Below are positions 32,860-41,942 of a stretch of DNA of 50,839 bases, piece after piece. The notes beneath the pieces are model-generated. The model saw nothing but the letters and a program-made list of their open reading frames with translations. It was not told the DNA's origin and did no database searches. Within the stretch, counting starts at the first letter, position 1; every line of letters starts with the position of its first letter. Position numbers and translations under genes: made by a program. The stretch lies in IMG/VR virus record IMGVR_UViG_3300029858_000017. One strand, given 5' to 3'. Source of the stretch: a virus.

Positions 32860-35800
32860 TCAATCCATCGTAACTGTGCTGCCGTCTTCGCCTGCGTGTA
32901 CGGTGATGTTCTGCGGGAAGCGGGCTTTCATCGTCGGGTCATGGCTGATGGCGAGAATCCGCATTCCGGGGTTTCTGGCCGCCATGCTCGAAAGGGCGTC
33001 GGCGTATGCCTCCGTGCCCTCTGCGTCGAGGAATGGAGGCTCATCTATAAACAGCATCCCGAGCTGGATGCCCGCCCTGCGGGCTTTGATGTCTGCGAGG
33101 CCGAGGGTGACGGCCAGCGCAATCTTGACTTTCTCGCCGCCGCTGTGGCTTTGGTACGGACGGCTGCTGCCGCTGATGCTGTTAATCCAGACGTCAAGGC
33201 TATTGACTACCTGCTTGGTGCTGCGCTGCTCGCGCTCGGTGCGAATGTCAACGGCCATCTTGCCGCCGGTCATGGCTGCAAGAATGTCGTTTGCCCGGTG
33301 CATAATCTCTGGAACGATGCCCCGAATTATCATGTACTGGATGCCGTCGAGGCCGAACGCCTGCACAAGCGTCTGGTAGTCGTCGAGGGTCTTGGCCGTC
33401 GCGCTGATTTCTGCACGGTAGGCGGTGGCCTGCTGTGCTGCCTCCTCAATGGCTGTGAGACGGGTCTGGATGCCTCCGCGTTCGGTTGCAAGGCTGGTGA
33501 GGTGGTCGGCGAGTGTCTTCCTGCGGGCGGTAAGCTGCTCGAGGTTTCCGCTTCCCTCCGGGATTCTGGCTCGGATTTCTCCAGCGTCGATAACGGTAAG
33601 CGCCTTTTTTGCGTCAAGCTCCGTGGCCTCTGCCTCGAACGCCTCTATCTGCGGAAGCAGGGCGGCCGCTGTGGCTGCTGCGGCTTTGCATTGGGGAAGT
33701 GTGTCGGCGAGGGCTTTCGATGCTTTCAGCGACGCTCTGGCGGCCTCTGCACGAGCTTCGGCGGCTTCGAGTGGTTTCTTCTCCGCTTCAATGGCTTCCA
33801 GCCGGGCCCGGGCCTCGGCTTGCTTTGCCTCCTCGGCTGCGATGGCTGCGTCGAGTTCCTTGACGGACGCCTCTGCTGCTGCCAGCTTTGGCGCGAGGGC
33901 TGCGAGCCCTTTGTGCTGTAGTTCCTTGTCCGCGATGGCTGCGATGTCGGCTGCCGGGTCTCCTACGGTGTCGTACTGCGCTTTCGCCGCTCCGTACTCG
34001 ACGGAAAGGCGGTCGTACTCTGTGCGGTCTTCTTTCCGGGTCTTCTCTAGCGTCTCCTTGAGGGCGTCGAGCGTTCCCTTGGCCGTGACGGCGTTCTTCA
34101 AGAAATTGCAGGTCGCCTCCTCCGGGTGCGGGCATCCGCTGTCGTCGAGGATGGCCGCCGTTTTGCCGTAGTAAGAGATGCGCTGATTGATGTTGTCGAT
34201 GCGGGCGCGGCTCTCGGTGAGGAATGTATCGCGGGCCTGCTTGGCTGCTACGAGCGCCTTATGTGCCTCTGTGAATTTGGCGAGGCGGCTCTCTGCCTCC
34301 CTGCGGGCCGGGACGAGTGCTTCGATGGCTGCGGCCGCTGCTTCGATGTCTTCCTTGCGCTCGAGGATGGCCCGGGCCTGCTCTTTGCTTTTCTGGCGGC
34401 TCTCAACGACGCTCTGCGACGTTTTGAGGGTCTCTCCGATAGAATTGGCCTCTTGGGTAAGGCTGCGGAGTTTCTCGACGTCTGGCGCGGTTTCCTCGAT
34501 GTCTGCGCGAGCTGCCTCCACGTCGGCCGCTGCCTTTTCTGCTGCCGGAAGGGCTGCTGCGAGGCGCTCGGCGTCGCTGTGCTTCCTGCGGGCGGTTTCT
34601 GCCTGCTGCCGTTTGGCTGCCGCGTCTGCTTCCAGCCGGTCGGCCTCCTTGAGTTTCTCGTCGGCCTGCCGTGTAAGCTCCTCCCGCATGGCCTCGCTGC
34701 GTTGTTCCTCTGCGATGACTGCGTCGAGGGTTTCTGTCTCTGCACTGGCCGCTGCTGTTTTCTCGTCGATGCTTGTGATGTCTTCCTCGAGGGCGGCTTT
34801 GGCTGCTATCTGCTCCTCAAGGATGGAAAGACGCTCGCGGGTGGCTGCGATTTTCCTGCGCTGCTCCGTGGAGCAGTCCTTTGCGAGCTCCTCGAGCCGG
34901 GTGTAAATGTCAAGGCCGAGGAGGGCGCTCAACACTTCCATGCGGCGGTCGCTGTCCGCGTCGAGGAACAGGCCGTAGGCGTCCTGCCTGATGAGGGCTA
35001 CGCTGCAAAAGGTGTTGCAGTCCATTCCGAGGATGCGCTCGATGCGGGCCTGCGTGAGTTTCATCGTCGTGTCGCTCTCGTCGAGCCATTCATCGGTGCC
35101 CGGGTTGCGACGGTGGATGGCGAGTGTACCGCGTCCGGCCTTGGTGCGGGTGCGGATGACGCGGTAGGTCTCCGGCCCCATAGCAAACTCGAAGGTGATG
35201 GCTCCGCTTTTGGTGCCGTCGCGTACCCAGCCGCCGATGTCCTCTTTTCGGGTCTGCTCGAAAAGGCAATCCGCAATGGCGTCCATGAACAGGCTGCTCT
35301 TTCCGACGCCGTTTTGGCCGTTGACCATTGCCATGCGGATGTCCTCGAATGTGAAATCCGCTGCGGAATAGCTGCGGTAGTTCTTGACCTCTACTCTGAC
35401 GGGTGCGAAGCTGCCGGTACGCTTGTCCGCGTCTCGACCGTCGTCGGCCCTTTTAATGAGCGGTGCGGCCAACTCCGTGAGGCGGCTGATGGTCGCCGGG
35501 TCGAGCTCTGCACGCTCGAGGTATCTGTGCAGGGCCTCGGTCGGCCCTTCGTGCTCCGTGAGCTCCGGGGCTGCATTGACGTCCTCGATGTCCTCCGGGA
35601 GAACTTCTGCGACGTAGAACGCGCCTGCTGCAACGAGGGCCTTTTGCAGCTCGGCTCGGTTGAGTGCCTTGTCGATGTCCGGGGCGCAGGTGTATCGGAC
35701 GCGAACGAGGGCGTCTTTCATCGCGGCCGGGGTCTCCGGCAGTTTGCCGGTGGCCGTGTACGCTGCGATGTCGTCCGGCCCGAGGCGGTAGGTGTAGTGT

Positions 35801-36663
35801 CTGCGCTCCGGGGTGTTGATGAACTTGCTTTTGACGGCTGTGCCCGGTAGGCTGACGGGCGATGTAATCATCTGGTGAATGTAGAATCCGTGTTCCGTGC
35901 CCTCGTCGTTGAAAGTGAGCTGATTCGGACTGCCGCAGTAGTACGCCGGGGTGTTGCAGGGTAGCTTCTGCGGGTGGTGGATGTGACCGAAGCACGCGAG
36001 GTCTACGCCGGTGCTGTCGATGGTGGACGGGAGGATGACTACGTCCTGTCCGGCGAGGAAGGTGCTGCCGTTGTCGGCCTCCGCTCCGGCTACGGTGTAA
36101 TGAGCGACGAGGATGGCTGGGATGCTCTTGTCAAGCTCCGTGGAAAGGCCGAGAAGAACGTCGTTGATGAGTGCGGTCGCGTTGCGGTTCTCTGTTTCCT
36201 TGTCCACGCCCGGAACGAAAAGCCGTAGACGACCCTTGTCAAAGCCGGGGAGAGCGAGGATTTGCATGTCGCCCTCGCTGGTTGTGAGGCGCTCGATGCC
36301 CGGCGTGGTGTAGATGTGGAGGTTTGCTTCGTCCTTGGTGATTTCGCGCACAGTCTCAAATGCGCGTGGGTTGTCGTGGTTCTCTGTACCGAACAGGAGA
36401 ACTACCTGCTCGCTGCATCTGCAAAGGGGCCGCAGGAATGTCGTGATGGCGTCGTTTACATCGTCAAGGGCCGTATCAGCCCAAACGCGGGAGCGGTTGA
36501 AAAGGTCGCCCGCTACGATGCTGACATTCGGCTTCTCCTTTTCGGCTACTTCTACGATGTGTTTCATGCAGGCGAGGGTGTCCTGCCTGCGGGCGTTCTT
36601 CCCGTCTCTGACAGGGCCGTTGAGGTCGCCGAGGTGCGTGTCGGCGGTGTGGAGTATCTTCAT
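32860..36663 (-). CDS. Single-chain SbcD-SbcC (Mre11-Rad50-like) nuclease/ATPase fusion
   Basis: N-terminus MKILHTADTHLGD...VAGDLFN...GTENHD...FGHIHH (metallophosphoesterase). Then ...MVNGQNGVGKSSL (Walker A), ~600 aa of coiled coil, and ...HSGGEKVKIALAV...MLFIDEPPFLD (signature/Walker B). Confidence 0.85.
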   Translation of the reverse strand: MKILHTADTHLGDLNGPVRDGKNARRQDTLACMKHIVEVAEKEKPNVSIVAGDLFNRSRVWADTALDDVNDAITTFLRPLCRCSEQVVLLFGTENHDNPRAFETVREITKDEANLHIYTTPGIERLTTSEGDMQILALPGFDKGRLRLFVPGVDKETENRNATALINDVLLGLSTELDKSIPAILVAHYTVAGAEADNGSTFLAGQDVVILPSTIDSTGVDLACFGHIHHPQKLPCNTPAYYCGSPNQLTFNDEGTEHGFYIHQMITSPVSLPGTAVKSKFINTPERRHYTYRLGPDDIAAYTATGKLPETPAAMKDALVRVRYTCAPDIDKALNRAELQKALVAAGAFYVAEVLPEDIEDVNAAPELTEHEGPTEALHRYLERAELDPATISRLTELAAPLIKRADDGRDADKRTGSFAPVRVEVKNYRSYSAADFTFEDIRMAMVNGQNGVGKSSLFMDAIADCLFEQTRKEDIGGWVRDGTKSGAITFEFAMGPETYRVIRTRTKAGRGTLAIHRRNPGTDEWLDESDTTMKLTQARIERILGMDCNTFCSVALIRQDAYGLFLDADSDRRMEVLSALLGLDIYTRLEELAKDCSTEQRRKIAATRERLSILEEQIAAKAALEEDITSIDEKTAAASAETETLDAVIAEEQRSEAMREELTRQADEKLKEADRLEADAAAKRQQAETARRKHSDAERLAAALPAAEKAAADVEAARADIEETAPDVEKLRSLTQEANSIGETLKTSQSVVESRQKSKEQARAILERKEDIEAAAAAIEALVPARREAESRLAKFTEAHKALVAAKQARDTFLTESRARIDNINQRISYYGKTAAILDDSGCPHPEEATCNFLKNAVTAKGTLDALKETLEKTRKEDRTEYDRLSVEYGAAKAQYDTVGDPAADIAAIADKELQHKGLAALAPKLAAAEASVKELDAAIAAEEAKQAEARARLEAIEAEKKPLEAAEARAEAARASLKASKALADTLPQCKAAAATAAALLPQIEAFEAEATELDAKKALTVIDAGEIRARIPEGSGNLEQLTARRKTLADHLTSLATERGGIQTRLTAIEEAAQQATAYRAEISATAKTLDDYQTLVQAFGLDGIQYMIIRGIVPEIMHRANDILAAMTGGKMAVDIRTEREQRSTKQVVNSLDVWINSISGSSRPYQSHSGGEKVKIALAVTLGLADIKARRAGIQLGMLFIDEPPFLDAEGTEAYADALSSMAARNPGMRILAISHDPTMKARFPQNITVHAGEDGSTVTMD

Positions 36664-37028
36664 TGCGCTGCCTCCTTATGGAACAGAGCGGCGACGTCCT
36701 CGAGCCTTTCGGGGAGCCGTGCCTGTTCGTTGTTGAATCCGTTGAAATCTCCGAGGGTGAGGGGCTCGTATCTGCCCGTCGCCCTCCCGGTGTCGTAGTA
36801 GAGCTCGAGCCGGTCGTCTTGAAATCCCGGCGTGATGGTGATGGTGCTTTTGCCGAGCTTGATGTAGACCGCTGCTCTAAGTCCGAAGGGGCCGCTCACG
36901 ACAACCGGCTGGCCGGTGAGCTCCTCGAGGTCTGCTGCGAGGGGGAATATGGCTGTTTCCATCCATCTTGCGCGACCGGTCTTCTCGTTCGCGAGGCGGT
37001 AAATCTTCTCGTACTTGCTCTCACTCAT
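36660..37028 (-). CDS. Hypothetical protein (122 aa)
   Basis: ATG 37028 overlapping the upstream stop (ATGA). Confidence 0.55.
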   Translation of the reverse strand: MSESKYEKIYRLANEKTGRARWMETAIFPLAADLEELTGQPVVVSGPFGLRAAVYIKLGKSTITITPGFQDDRLELYYDTGRATGRYEPLTLGDFNGFNNEQARLPERLEDVAALFHKEAAQ

Positions 37029-37348
37029 GCCGGTTCCTCCTTTGCGAGGGCCGCCGCAAGCTCTTGGAGCATCTTGCAAATGGCCTCTGCGTCATACACG
37101 AGCTCGCGGGCGCTTGGAACGCCTTTGACGCCATTCCGCTTTGCCTCTATCCACAGTTCGATGTGTTCGTCGATGTCGAAGTTGGCCGCGTATTCCTTGA
37201 CGTTCTGAATGAAGTTTTTGGAATCCACGCAAATGCTGAAATCTTCTCCGGCCGGGGATTCCTTGCGGAGTTCCACGTCCTCGTTCGCGTCGAGGTAGAT
37301 TGACCAATCGAGGCGCTCACATATCTCGGTGGTTTTGTCGTTAAGCAT
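37025..37348 (-). CDS. Hypothetical protein (107 aa)
   Basis: ATG 37348 overlapping the upstream TGA by 1 nt. Confidence 0.55.
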   Translation of the reverse strand: MLNDKTTEICERLDWSIYLDANEDVELRKESPAGEDFSICVDSKNFIQNVKEYAANFDIDEHIELWIEAKRNGVKGVPSARELVYDAEAICKMLQELAAALAKEEPA

Positions 37349-38346
37349 CAGCGGCCTCCTCTCGAGGCCCGCTCCGCTTTTTGGCACTTGGCGCAGAGGC
37401 AGCGGCCGTACTGGCGCTTGCTGTAGCTGCGGATGTTCTCGGGCGTCCATGTCTGGCCGTTGCGGGCCTGCGTCTCTACAATCTGTTCGCCACAGTCGTC
37501 GCAGAAGATGAGGTTCGGGCTTTCAAAATCCGGGGCATCATCGGGCTCGTCCGGAATGTCCGGCGTGGGGTAGCCACTGTCGGCTCCGTCGTCTGGAACA
37601 TCTACGGCCGCCGGGAGCGCTGCCGAATTGCCGCTGATGGCTGCGCGGGGGCTGCCTGCGCCCTCGAACAGCATCCCCATGGATTGCAGGTAGTTGGCTG
37701 CTACGGCCTCCTTGATTTCCGGGGCCTCGAGGTTCGGAACAACGTGCGCGATGATGAAGGGCTTGCGCAGCTCCGGGATGGTGTAGGTTGCTGCGAGGCC
37801 GAGGGCTGCGCGAAGGGCCCGCATAAATGCCTTGCTCTCTGCCATTGCTGTGCGGTGCGGCAGGAAGCGCTTGTACTGTGCGTCGGTCATGCTCTCCTTT
37901 TCTGCTGCGCAGTCGATTTCGCGGGTGGCTTTCATCAAGCGGAAGCCGCCGGAGGGCTCTGGGACGCGAATGGTAACGGTCACGGCCACGTTATACTGCG
38001 CCGGGCAAGTGCCGCAGGCTTTGGGTTTGCCGACGGCCCGCGCCATGTCCACACATCGCTTGCAGCCGTCCGTCATGCCGCTCTCGGTGTCTACGATGCT
38101 GATGTTGGCCGCTGCTGCGAGCTTCATGCCGCCTACCTTGGTGATGGCGTATTTGCCGCTGCTCTTTTCGCGGTAGACGTCTTTGCTGTTCTCCGGGTCG
38201 CTGACGTCGAGCTGTACCTTGTTCACGATGATGCGTTGCAGGTTGCTCATTACCTGCATGGTCGTGACTGGGATGAGGACGTTAAACTTATCGGGCGGAT
38301 ACTCGTTGAGCTGTACGATGGTGCCCGCGATGCTGTTGTTTGCCAT
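37348..38346 (-). CDS. Putative DNA-binding/recombination-associated protein with Cys clusters (possible single-strand annealing protein)
   Basis: 332 aa from ATG 38346 (GGAAAGGAG upstream). ...AMAESKAFMRALRAALGL... plus CKRC..CGTC and CDDC..CAKC motifs. Context with SbcCD, SSB and RecU. The function is weakly supported. Confidence 0.4.
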   Translation of the reverse strand: MANNSIAGTIVQLNEYPPDKFNVLIPVTTMQVMSNLQRIIVNKVQLDVSDPENSKDVYREKSSGKYAITKVGGMKLAAAANISIVDTESGMTDGCKRCVDMARAVGKPKACGTCPAQYNVAVTVTIRVPEPSGGFRLMKATREIDCAAEKESMTDAQYKRFLPHRTAMAESKAFMRALRAALGLAATYTIPELRKPFIIAHVVPNLEAPEIKEAVAANYLQSMGMLFEGAGSPRAAISGNSAALPAAVDVPDDGADSGYPTPDIPDEPDDAPDFESPNLIFCDDCGEQIVETQARNGQTWTPENIRSYSKRQYGRCLCAKCQKAERASRGGR

Positions 38347-38363
38347 TGAAAATGCTCCTTTCC

Positions 38364-38392
38364 TTGACATCCGGCCTTGGCCGGTGTAGAAT
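38364..38392 (+). promoter_or_regulatory. Near-consensus sigma-70-type promoter on the plus strand (TTGACA, 17 nt, TAGAAT), antisense to gene 38402..38905
   Basis: ccTTGACAtccggccttggccggtgTAGAATaag read directly. The spacer contains the palindrome CCGGCCTTGGCCGG. Confidence 0.45.
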
Positions 38393-38401
38393 AAGCGTAG
38401 G

Positions 38402-38905
38402 TTATTTACCAGAGGCCGTTTCTGTTGCAGCAGGGCGGCCTTTTCCCATGTCTCTGGACATGGCCCAGATTGCGATGTCTGTAATGGTCTCCTCGAGCGA
38501 GCGAAGAAATTCGAGCGCCCGGTCGAAGTCCTCCCGTTCATAGCTGTCCACTATTCCATCGTCGGCAATGCTCTCGAGCGTGTCGGCGATTTCTTTTGCC
38601 TTGCGCAGCCTTTGGCTGACGCGCAGCGCGGCCCACGGGAGGTCTCTGTCTGTGGCCGTCTTGCCGGTCTTGCGCCCTATCGGACAATCGCTGCAATAGC
38701 GGAGCATGATGTCCGGGCGGTTGTAGCCCTGCGCGTACTGTGTGATGTCGTCCGGGCTTGGGGTAACTTCTCCGCGCTCATGCCGTCCGATGGTCTCGGG
38801 CGAGTACGGGAGGTCTATGCTCGCCGTTTCTCGTGACACATATCCGGCCGACAAACGTGCCTCACGGAGATATGTTGGGGTGGTCGATGTTACTTGGTTT
38901 GACAC
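38402..38905 (-). CDS. XRE-family helix-turn-helix regulator
   Basis: ...YLREARLSAGYVSRETASIDLPYSPETIGRHERGEVTPSPDDITQYAQGY... GTG start with AAGGAGG 8 nt upstream. Confidence 0.65.
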   Translation of the reverse strand: MSNQVTSTTPTYLREARLSAGYVSRETASIDLPYSPETIGRHERGEVTPSPDDITQYAQGYNRPDIMLRYCSDCPIGRKTGKTATDRDLPWAALRVSQRLRKAKEIADTLESIADDGIVDSYEREDFDRALEFLRSLEETITDIAIWAMSRDMGKGRPAATETASGK

Positions 38906-38956
38906 GCCGTTCGCCTCCTTTCTGCGGTAGAATATAGGCGTGGTTGAGGGTGGTGG

Positions 38957-40054
38957 TCAGTCCGTAGGCTTGAGGCACTTGAGGTACTTCGCGGCCCGGA
39001 TGGCGTTGTCGGTGAGTTGTCTTTGCCATGCGCCCTGTGAGGGGGCCCACTTGAACGCTGCTCCACGGAGCTCCGTGCGGGTGTCGTTGTCCGGCTTCTC
39101 GTCAAAGAACACCTGAATGCGGTTCTCATCGGTATTCATAACGACCTTGCCGCCGTCGAACTCCCATCCGGCCGGGGCCGCGCTGCTGCTGCGCTTTTCG
39201 AGTTCCGTGATGCGTTCCTTGATGCGCCGGATGTTCGCGTTGTTGTTGGAGAGGGAGTACGAGGCGAATGGCTTGTCTTCGAGGTGCCAATCGGAGCCCA
39301 TAGCTGCCTCGGCCTTTGCGATTTCCTCCTCCGTGAGGTAGGGGCAGTCCTTGAGGGTCTTGTGCTTGCGCCAGTAAGCGTTGACGTCCTTCATCGTCTG
39401 CTGCGCTGCCTCGAGCTTTGCGAGCTTGGTCTTGAGCTTGGTGACGGCTGCCGGGTCGTCGCTGCTGATGCCTCCCTTGCCCGTGCTGCGGATTTTGTCG
39501 AGGATGCCTTGGATGTCTTTCCACTCCTGCATATTACGGTCTGCGGCGCGGTTCTGCTTCTCTTTCTTTGAAACGGGGAAGTTGCTGCCGCCCGCGATGA
39601 GGATGGAGGGGCATCGGGTCTGGATGGAGTAGTTGGCGTTGAGGTTCTCTGCGAGCTTGCGGGCGTAGGTGTTGAGAAGGCTGTCTACGCGGTCGTGGTA
39701 CATGGGGTCGATGCGGCGCTTCTGGCGGTACGCGAGGTATGCAGCCCTGTCAACCTCGACGCGGTAGCCTGCGGTCGCGCTGCCCTCTACATAGTCGCTA
39801 AAGCTGTTCATGCGCTTGGCCTGCCGCGCAGTCGTCTCGCTGATGGCGTAGTACATAGGCGTCTGCCCAGCAGGCTTGAGCTCGTAGGCGTCGGCCTGCT
39901 CTGCGGTGAGCTCGTCTTCGTAGTCGAGCCAGCCCCAAACGCGGCCGAGGTAGTCGATGTCGGTTCCGTTGCTGCCGTAATTCCCGAGGGTTGCCGGGCG
40001 GCCCGGGTAAGTTCCGGGTGCGACGGGGCGCTGCGTGGAATAATAGCGGTACAT
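38957..40054 (-). CDS. DUF3560 domain protein with extra N-terminal domain
   Basis: ...GGISSDDPAAVTKLKTKLAKLEAAQQTMKDVNAYWRKH...YSLSNNNANIRRIKERITELEKR...IQVFFDEKPDNDTRTELRGAAFKWAPSQGAWQRQLTDNA matches my recollection of DUF3560 proteins of plasmids and ICEs. Confidence 0.6.
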   Translation of the reverse strand: MYRYYSTQRPVAPGTYPGRPATLGNYGSNGTDIDYLGRVWGWLDYEDELTAEQADAYELKPAGQTPMYYAISETTARQAKRMNSFSDYVEGSATAGYRVEVDRAAYLAYRQKRRIDPMYHDRVDSLLNTYARKLAENLNANYSIQTRCPSILIAGGSNFPVSKKEKQNRAADRNMQEWKDIQGILDKIRSTGKGGISSDDPAAVTKLKTKLAKLEAAQQTMKDVNAYWRKHKTLKDCPYLTEEEIAKAEAAMGSDWHLEDKPFASYSLSNNNANIRRIKERITELEKRSSSAAPAGWEFDGGKVVMNTDENRIQVFFDEKPDNDTRTELRGAAFKWAPSQGAWQRQLTDNAIRAAKYLKCLKPTD

Positions 40055-40057
40055 GGT

Positions 40058-40444
40058 TCAATGTCTCCTTTCTGATTTCGGCGGCGTGTCCTGCTTGTAG
40101 AAGCAGTTGCCGCAGTAAGTCCAATGCTGTCCGTCCTTCTTGAAGGTCGCGAATGTGGGTCGCCATTTGCCGGTGTCCGGGTCGAGTTCGTGGCTGTACG
40201 GCTCGCCCGTCTGTAGGAATCCGAAGCTCATAAACGCGGGTGGGAGGCAGTCGCGCATTTCATCGACGATGCGCTCCTCTACATAGTCGCCGGGGCTGGC
40301 CGCTTCCTCAAAACTCCCGGCCGCCTCCCAATCGGCATAGGTCACCAGCTTGTGGGTCGGCTGCTCTGCGTTATTCTCGCGGCAGTCGCACCTCTCTCCG
40401 GGGTCAAGGGCACATCCGCAGGCTGGACAAAAGTAGTTGTGCAT
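40058..40444 (-). CDS. Hypothetical protein with N-terminal zinc-ribbon-like CPACGC...CDC
   Basis: 128 aa; ATG 40444 with GAAAGGAGA upstream. Confidence 0.6.
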   Translation of the reverse strand: MHNYFCPACGCALDPGERCDCRENNAEQPTHKLVTYADWEAAGSFEEAASPGDYVEERIVDEMRDCLPPAFMSFGFLQTGEPYSHELDPDTGKWRPTFATFKKDGQHWTYCGNCFYKQDTPPKSERRH

Positions 40445-40737
40445 TTATAGGTCTCCTTTCTCTTGATTTTCCGTCTCGGTTTCTCGGGGTGGCACCATGC
40501 TCGCAGCTTCCATCCGAAGTACGGGAGTGCGATGACGTAAAGCGGGAGGAACATTTCGCCGCCGGGTAAACCGGCTCGGGAGGTGAGCTTGTCGAACATG
40601 ATGAACGCGATGCGGGCAATAATGCCGCCGAAGATGATGAGCGTCGTGACGCGGGAAAGAGCGCGTAGGTCTGCGCGTATGCGCTTGCGCTGCTCCTGCT
40701 GCCGTCTGAACTCCTCGCGGCTTTGGGGCCTATACAT
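40342..40737 (-). CDS. Hypothetical membrane protein
   Basis: ATG 40737; hydrophobic segments TTLIIFGGIIARIAFIMF and MFLPLYVIALPYFGW; the 3' end overlaps the next gene by ~100 nt. Confidence 0.4.
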   Translation of the reverse strand: MYRPQSREEFRRQQEQRKRIRADLRALSRVTTLIIFGGIIARIAFIMFDKLTSRAGLPGGEMFLPLYVIALPYFGWKLRAWCHPEKPRRKIKRKETYKCTTTFVQPADVPLTPERGATAARITQSSRPTSW

Positions 40738-40954
40738 GGGGCTTCCTCCTCTCTGGCTTCTTGGCGGTGATGTCTTCGCCGCAGTAGAACTTCTCGCAGA
40801 ATCTCCGGCGCGGAACACGGCCCGCGATGGTTTCGTACCCTTCGGCCTCGAGCTCCTTGTTCATCTTTCGGATTATCTCGTAGGCTTTGGATTTGGAGAT
40901 GCCGAGAATTTCCATGACGTCGCCCACGAACAGGAATTTGTAGGTCTGTTGCAT
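40730..40954 (-). CDS. Small HTH DNA-binding protein (excisionase/regulator-like)
   Basis: MQQTYKFLFVGDVMEILGISKSKAYEIIRKMNKELEAEGYETIAGRVPRRRFCEKFY is the pattern of Firmicutes MGE Xis/HTH_17-like proteins. Confidence 0.6.
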   Translation of the reverse strand: MQQTYKFLFVGDVMEILGISKSKAYEIIRKMNKELEAEGYETIAGRVPRRRFCEKFYCGEDITAKKPERRKPHV

Positions 40955-40973
40955 GGCCGGTTCTCCTCTCTGG

Positions 40974-41195
40974 TTAGGTTCGGTTGGTGGCGACGGAGGC
41001 TTCGTAGTCCTCCATGTAGCGGCGCACCTTGGGAATGAGCTCGTGTCCGGCACAGCGGCCGGTGGTGCATTCGACGAGGGTGGAGTGCTTGACGTCGGCT
41101 GCCGCCGCTACCTGCTTGTAGGTGATGCCGTTCCGGGCACAGAACTGCAAAAGCTCGAGGCCGAAAGCGGTCTTAGGGTTCTTGCGGGCTGGCAT
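40974..41195 (-). CDS. Small HTH protein (Cro-like candidate)
   Basis: MPARKNPKTAFGLELLQFCARNGITYKQVAAAADVKHSTLVE...; ATG 41195. Confidence 0.55.
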   Translation of the reverse strand: MPARKNPKTAFGLELLQFCARNGITYKQVAAAADVKHSTLVECTTGRCAGHELIPKVRRYMEDYEASVATNRT

Positions 41196-41281
41196 TTTCT
41201 TCACTTCCTTTCTTGTTTGGCTTGTTTGTTGGCTGCGCTTGTGGTATACTGTTGTGTGGGTAGCTGTGTTCGGCGACCGCG

Positions 41282-41467
41282 TTACGCTCTGGCGAGGCGG
41301 GGCCCATAGGCCCCATCCCGGTCGAGAAGCGTGAGTAGCGTGGTGTCGAGCAGGCTGTCCGGGCGCTGCCGAGCTTCTTTCTCGAGTGCCTCCTCCGGGC
41401 TGTTCGCCTGCTGGTGGGAAACAACCTGTTCCGGGGTCTCGAGGCGGTAGATGTCGTAAGTGTTCAC
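41282..41467 (-). CDS. Hypothetical protein (61 aa)
   Basis: GTG start overlapping the upstream stop (GTGA); AAAGGAGG upstream. Confidence 0.5.
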   Translation of the reverse strand: MNTYDIYRLETPEQVVSHQQANSPEEALEKEARQRPDSLLDTTLLTLLDRDGAYGPRLARA

Positions 41468-41751
41468 GGCGTTACCTCCTTTGGCTCGTCATAGACGAGG
41501 TAGATGTCTCCGCTGTCCTCCCAGCTTACGGTTTCGATGGCCTTGTGTTCGGTGACGAGCCATGCGGCTTGCCCCATTGCTGCGGCGACATACTTGGCTG
41601 GAACAAGCCTGCGCTTTGTAGGGCGGCTCCATCCCCGTGGTTTGACTTCGCCGTAGGTGATGTTCTTCTTCAAGGCTCGGAAGGCTGCGGGGCTTTGAAC
41701 TTCCATGCCGACGGTGATGCCGTCGAACTGTCTCATGTGGAGGTGCGTCAT
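41464..41751 (-). CDS. Hypothetical protein (95 aa)
   Basis: ATG 41751 overlapping the upstream stop (ATGA). Confidence 0.5.
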   Translation of the reverse strand: MTHLHMRQFDGITVGMEVQSPAAFRALKKNITYGEVKPRGWSRPTKRRLVPAKYVAAAMGQAAWLVTEHKAIETVSWEDSGDIYLVYDEPKEVTP

Positions 41752-41942
41752 TCGTCGCTCGCCTCCTCTGCGGGTAACATTTCGCATTCATCTACGAGGC
41801 TGTCGCCTCCGGGAAAACGATAGATGGGGGCCGGGCCGCCCTCGAGGAGGGGCTGTGCCCCTACGAGGTAGGCGTCGTAGCCTCTGGCATGGATTTTGAG
41901 GGGCCAGTCGTAGCGTCTGGCGAGCTCGTCTCTGTAGCTCAT
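41748..41942 (-). CDS. Hypothetical protein (64 aa)
   Basis: ATG 41942 overlapping the upstream stop (ATGA). Confidence 0.5.
   Translation of the reverse strand: MSYRDELARRYDWPLKIHARGYDAYLVGAQPLLEGGPAPIYRFPGGDSLVDECEMLPAEEASDE

Noticed and set aside
38899-38933. TTGACA ... TAGAAT on the plus strand at the start of the XRE gene as a promoter
   Set aside because: The spacer is 23 nt, too long for sigma-70-type recognition, and the TTGACA lies within the gene's first codons.
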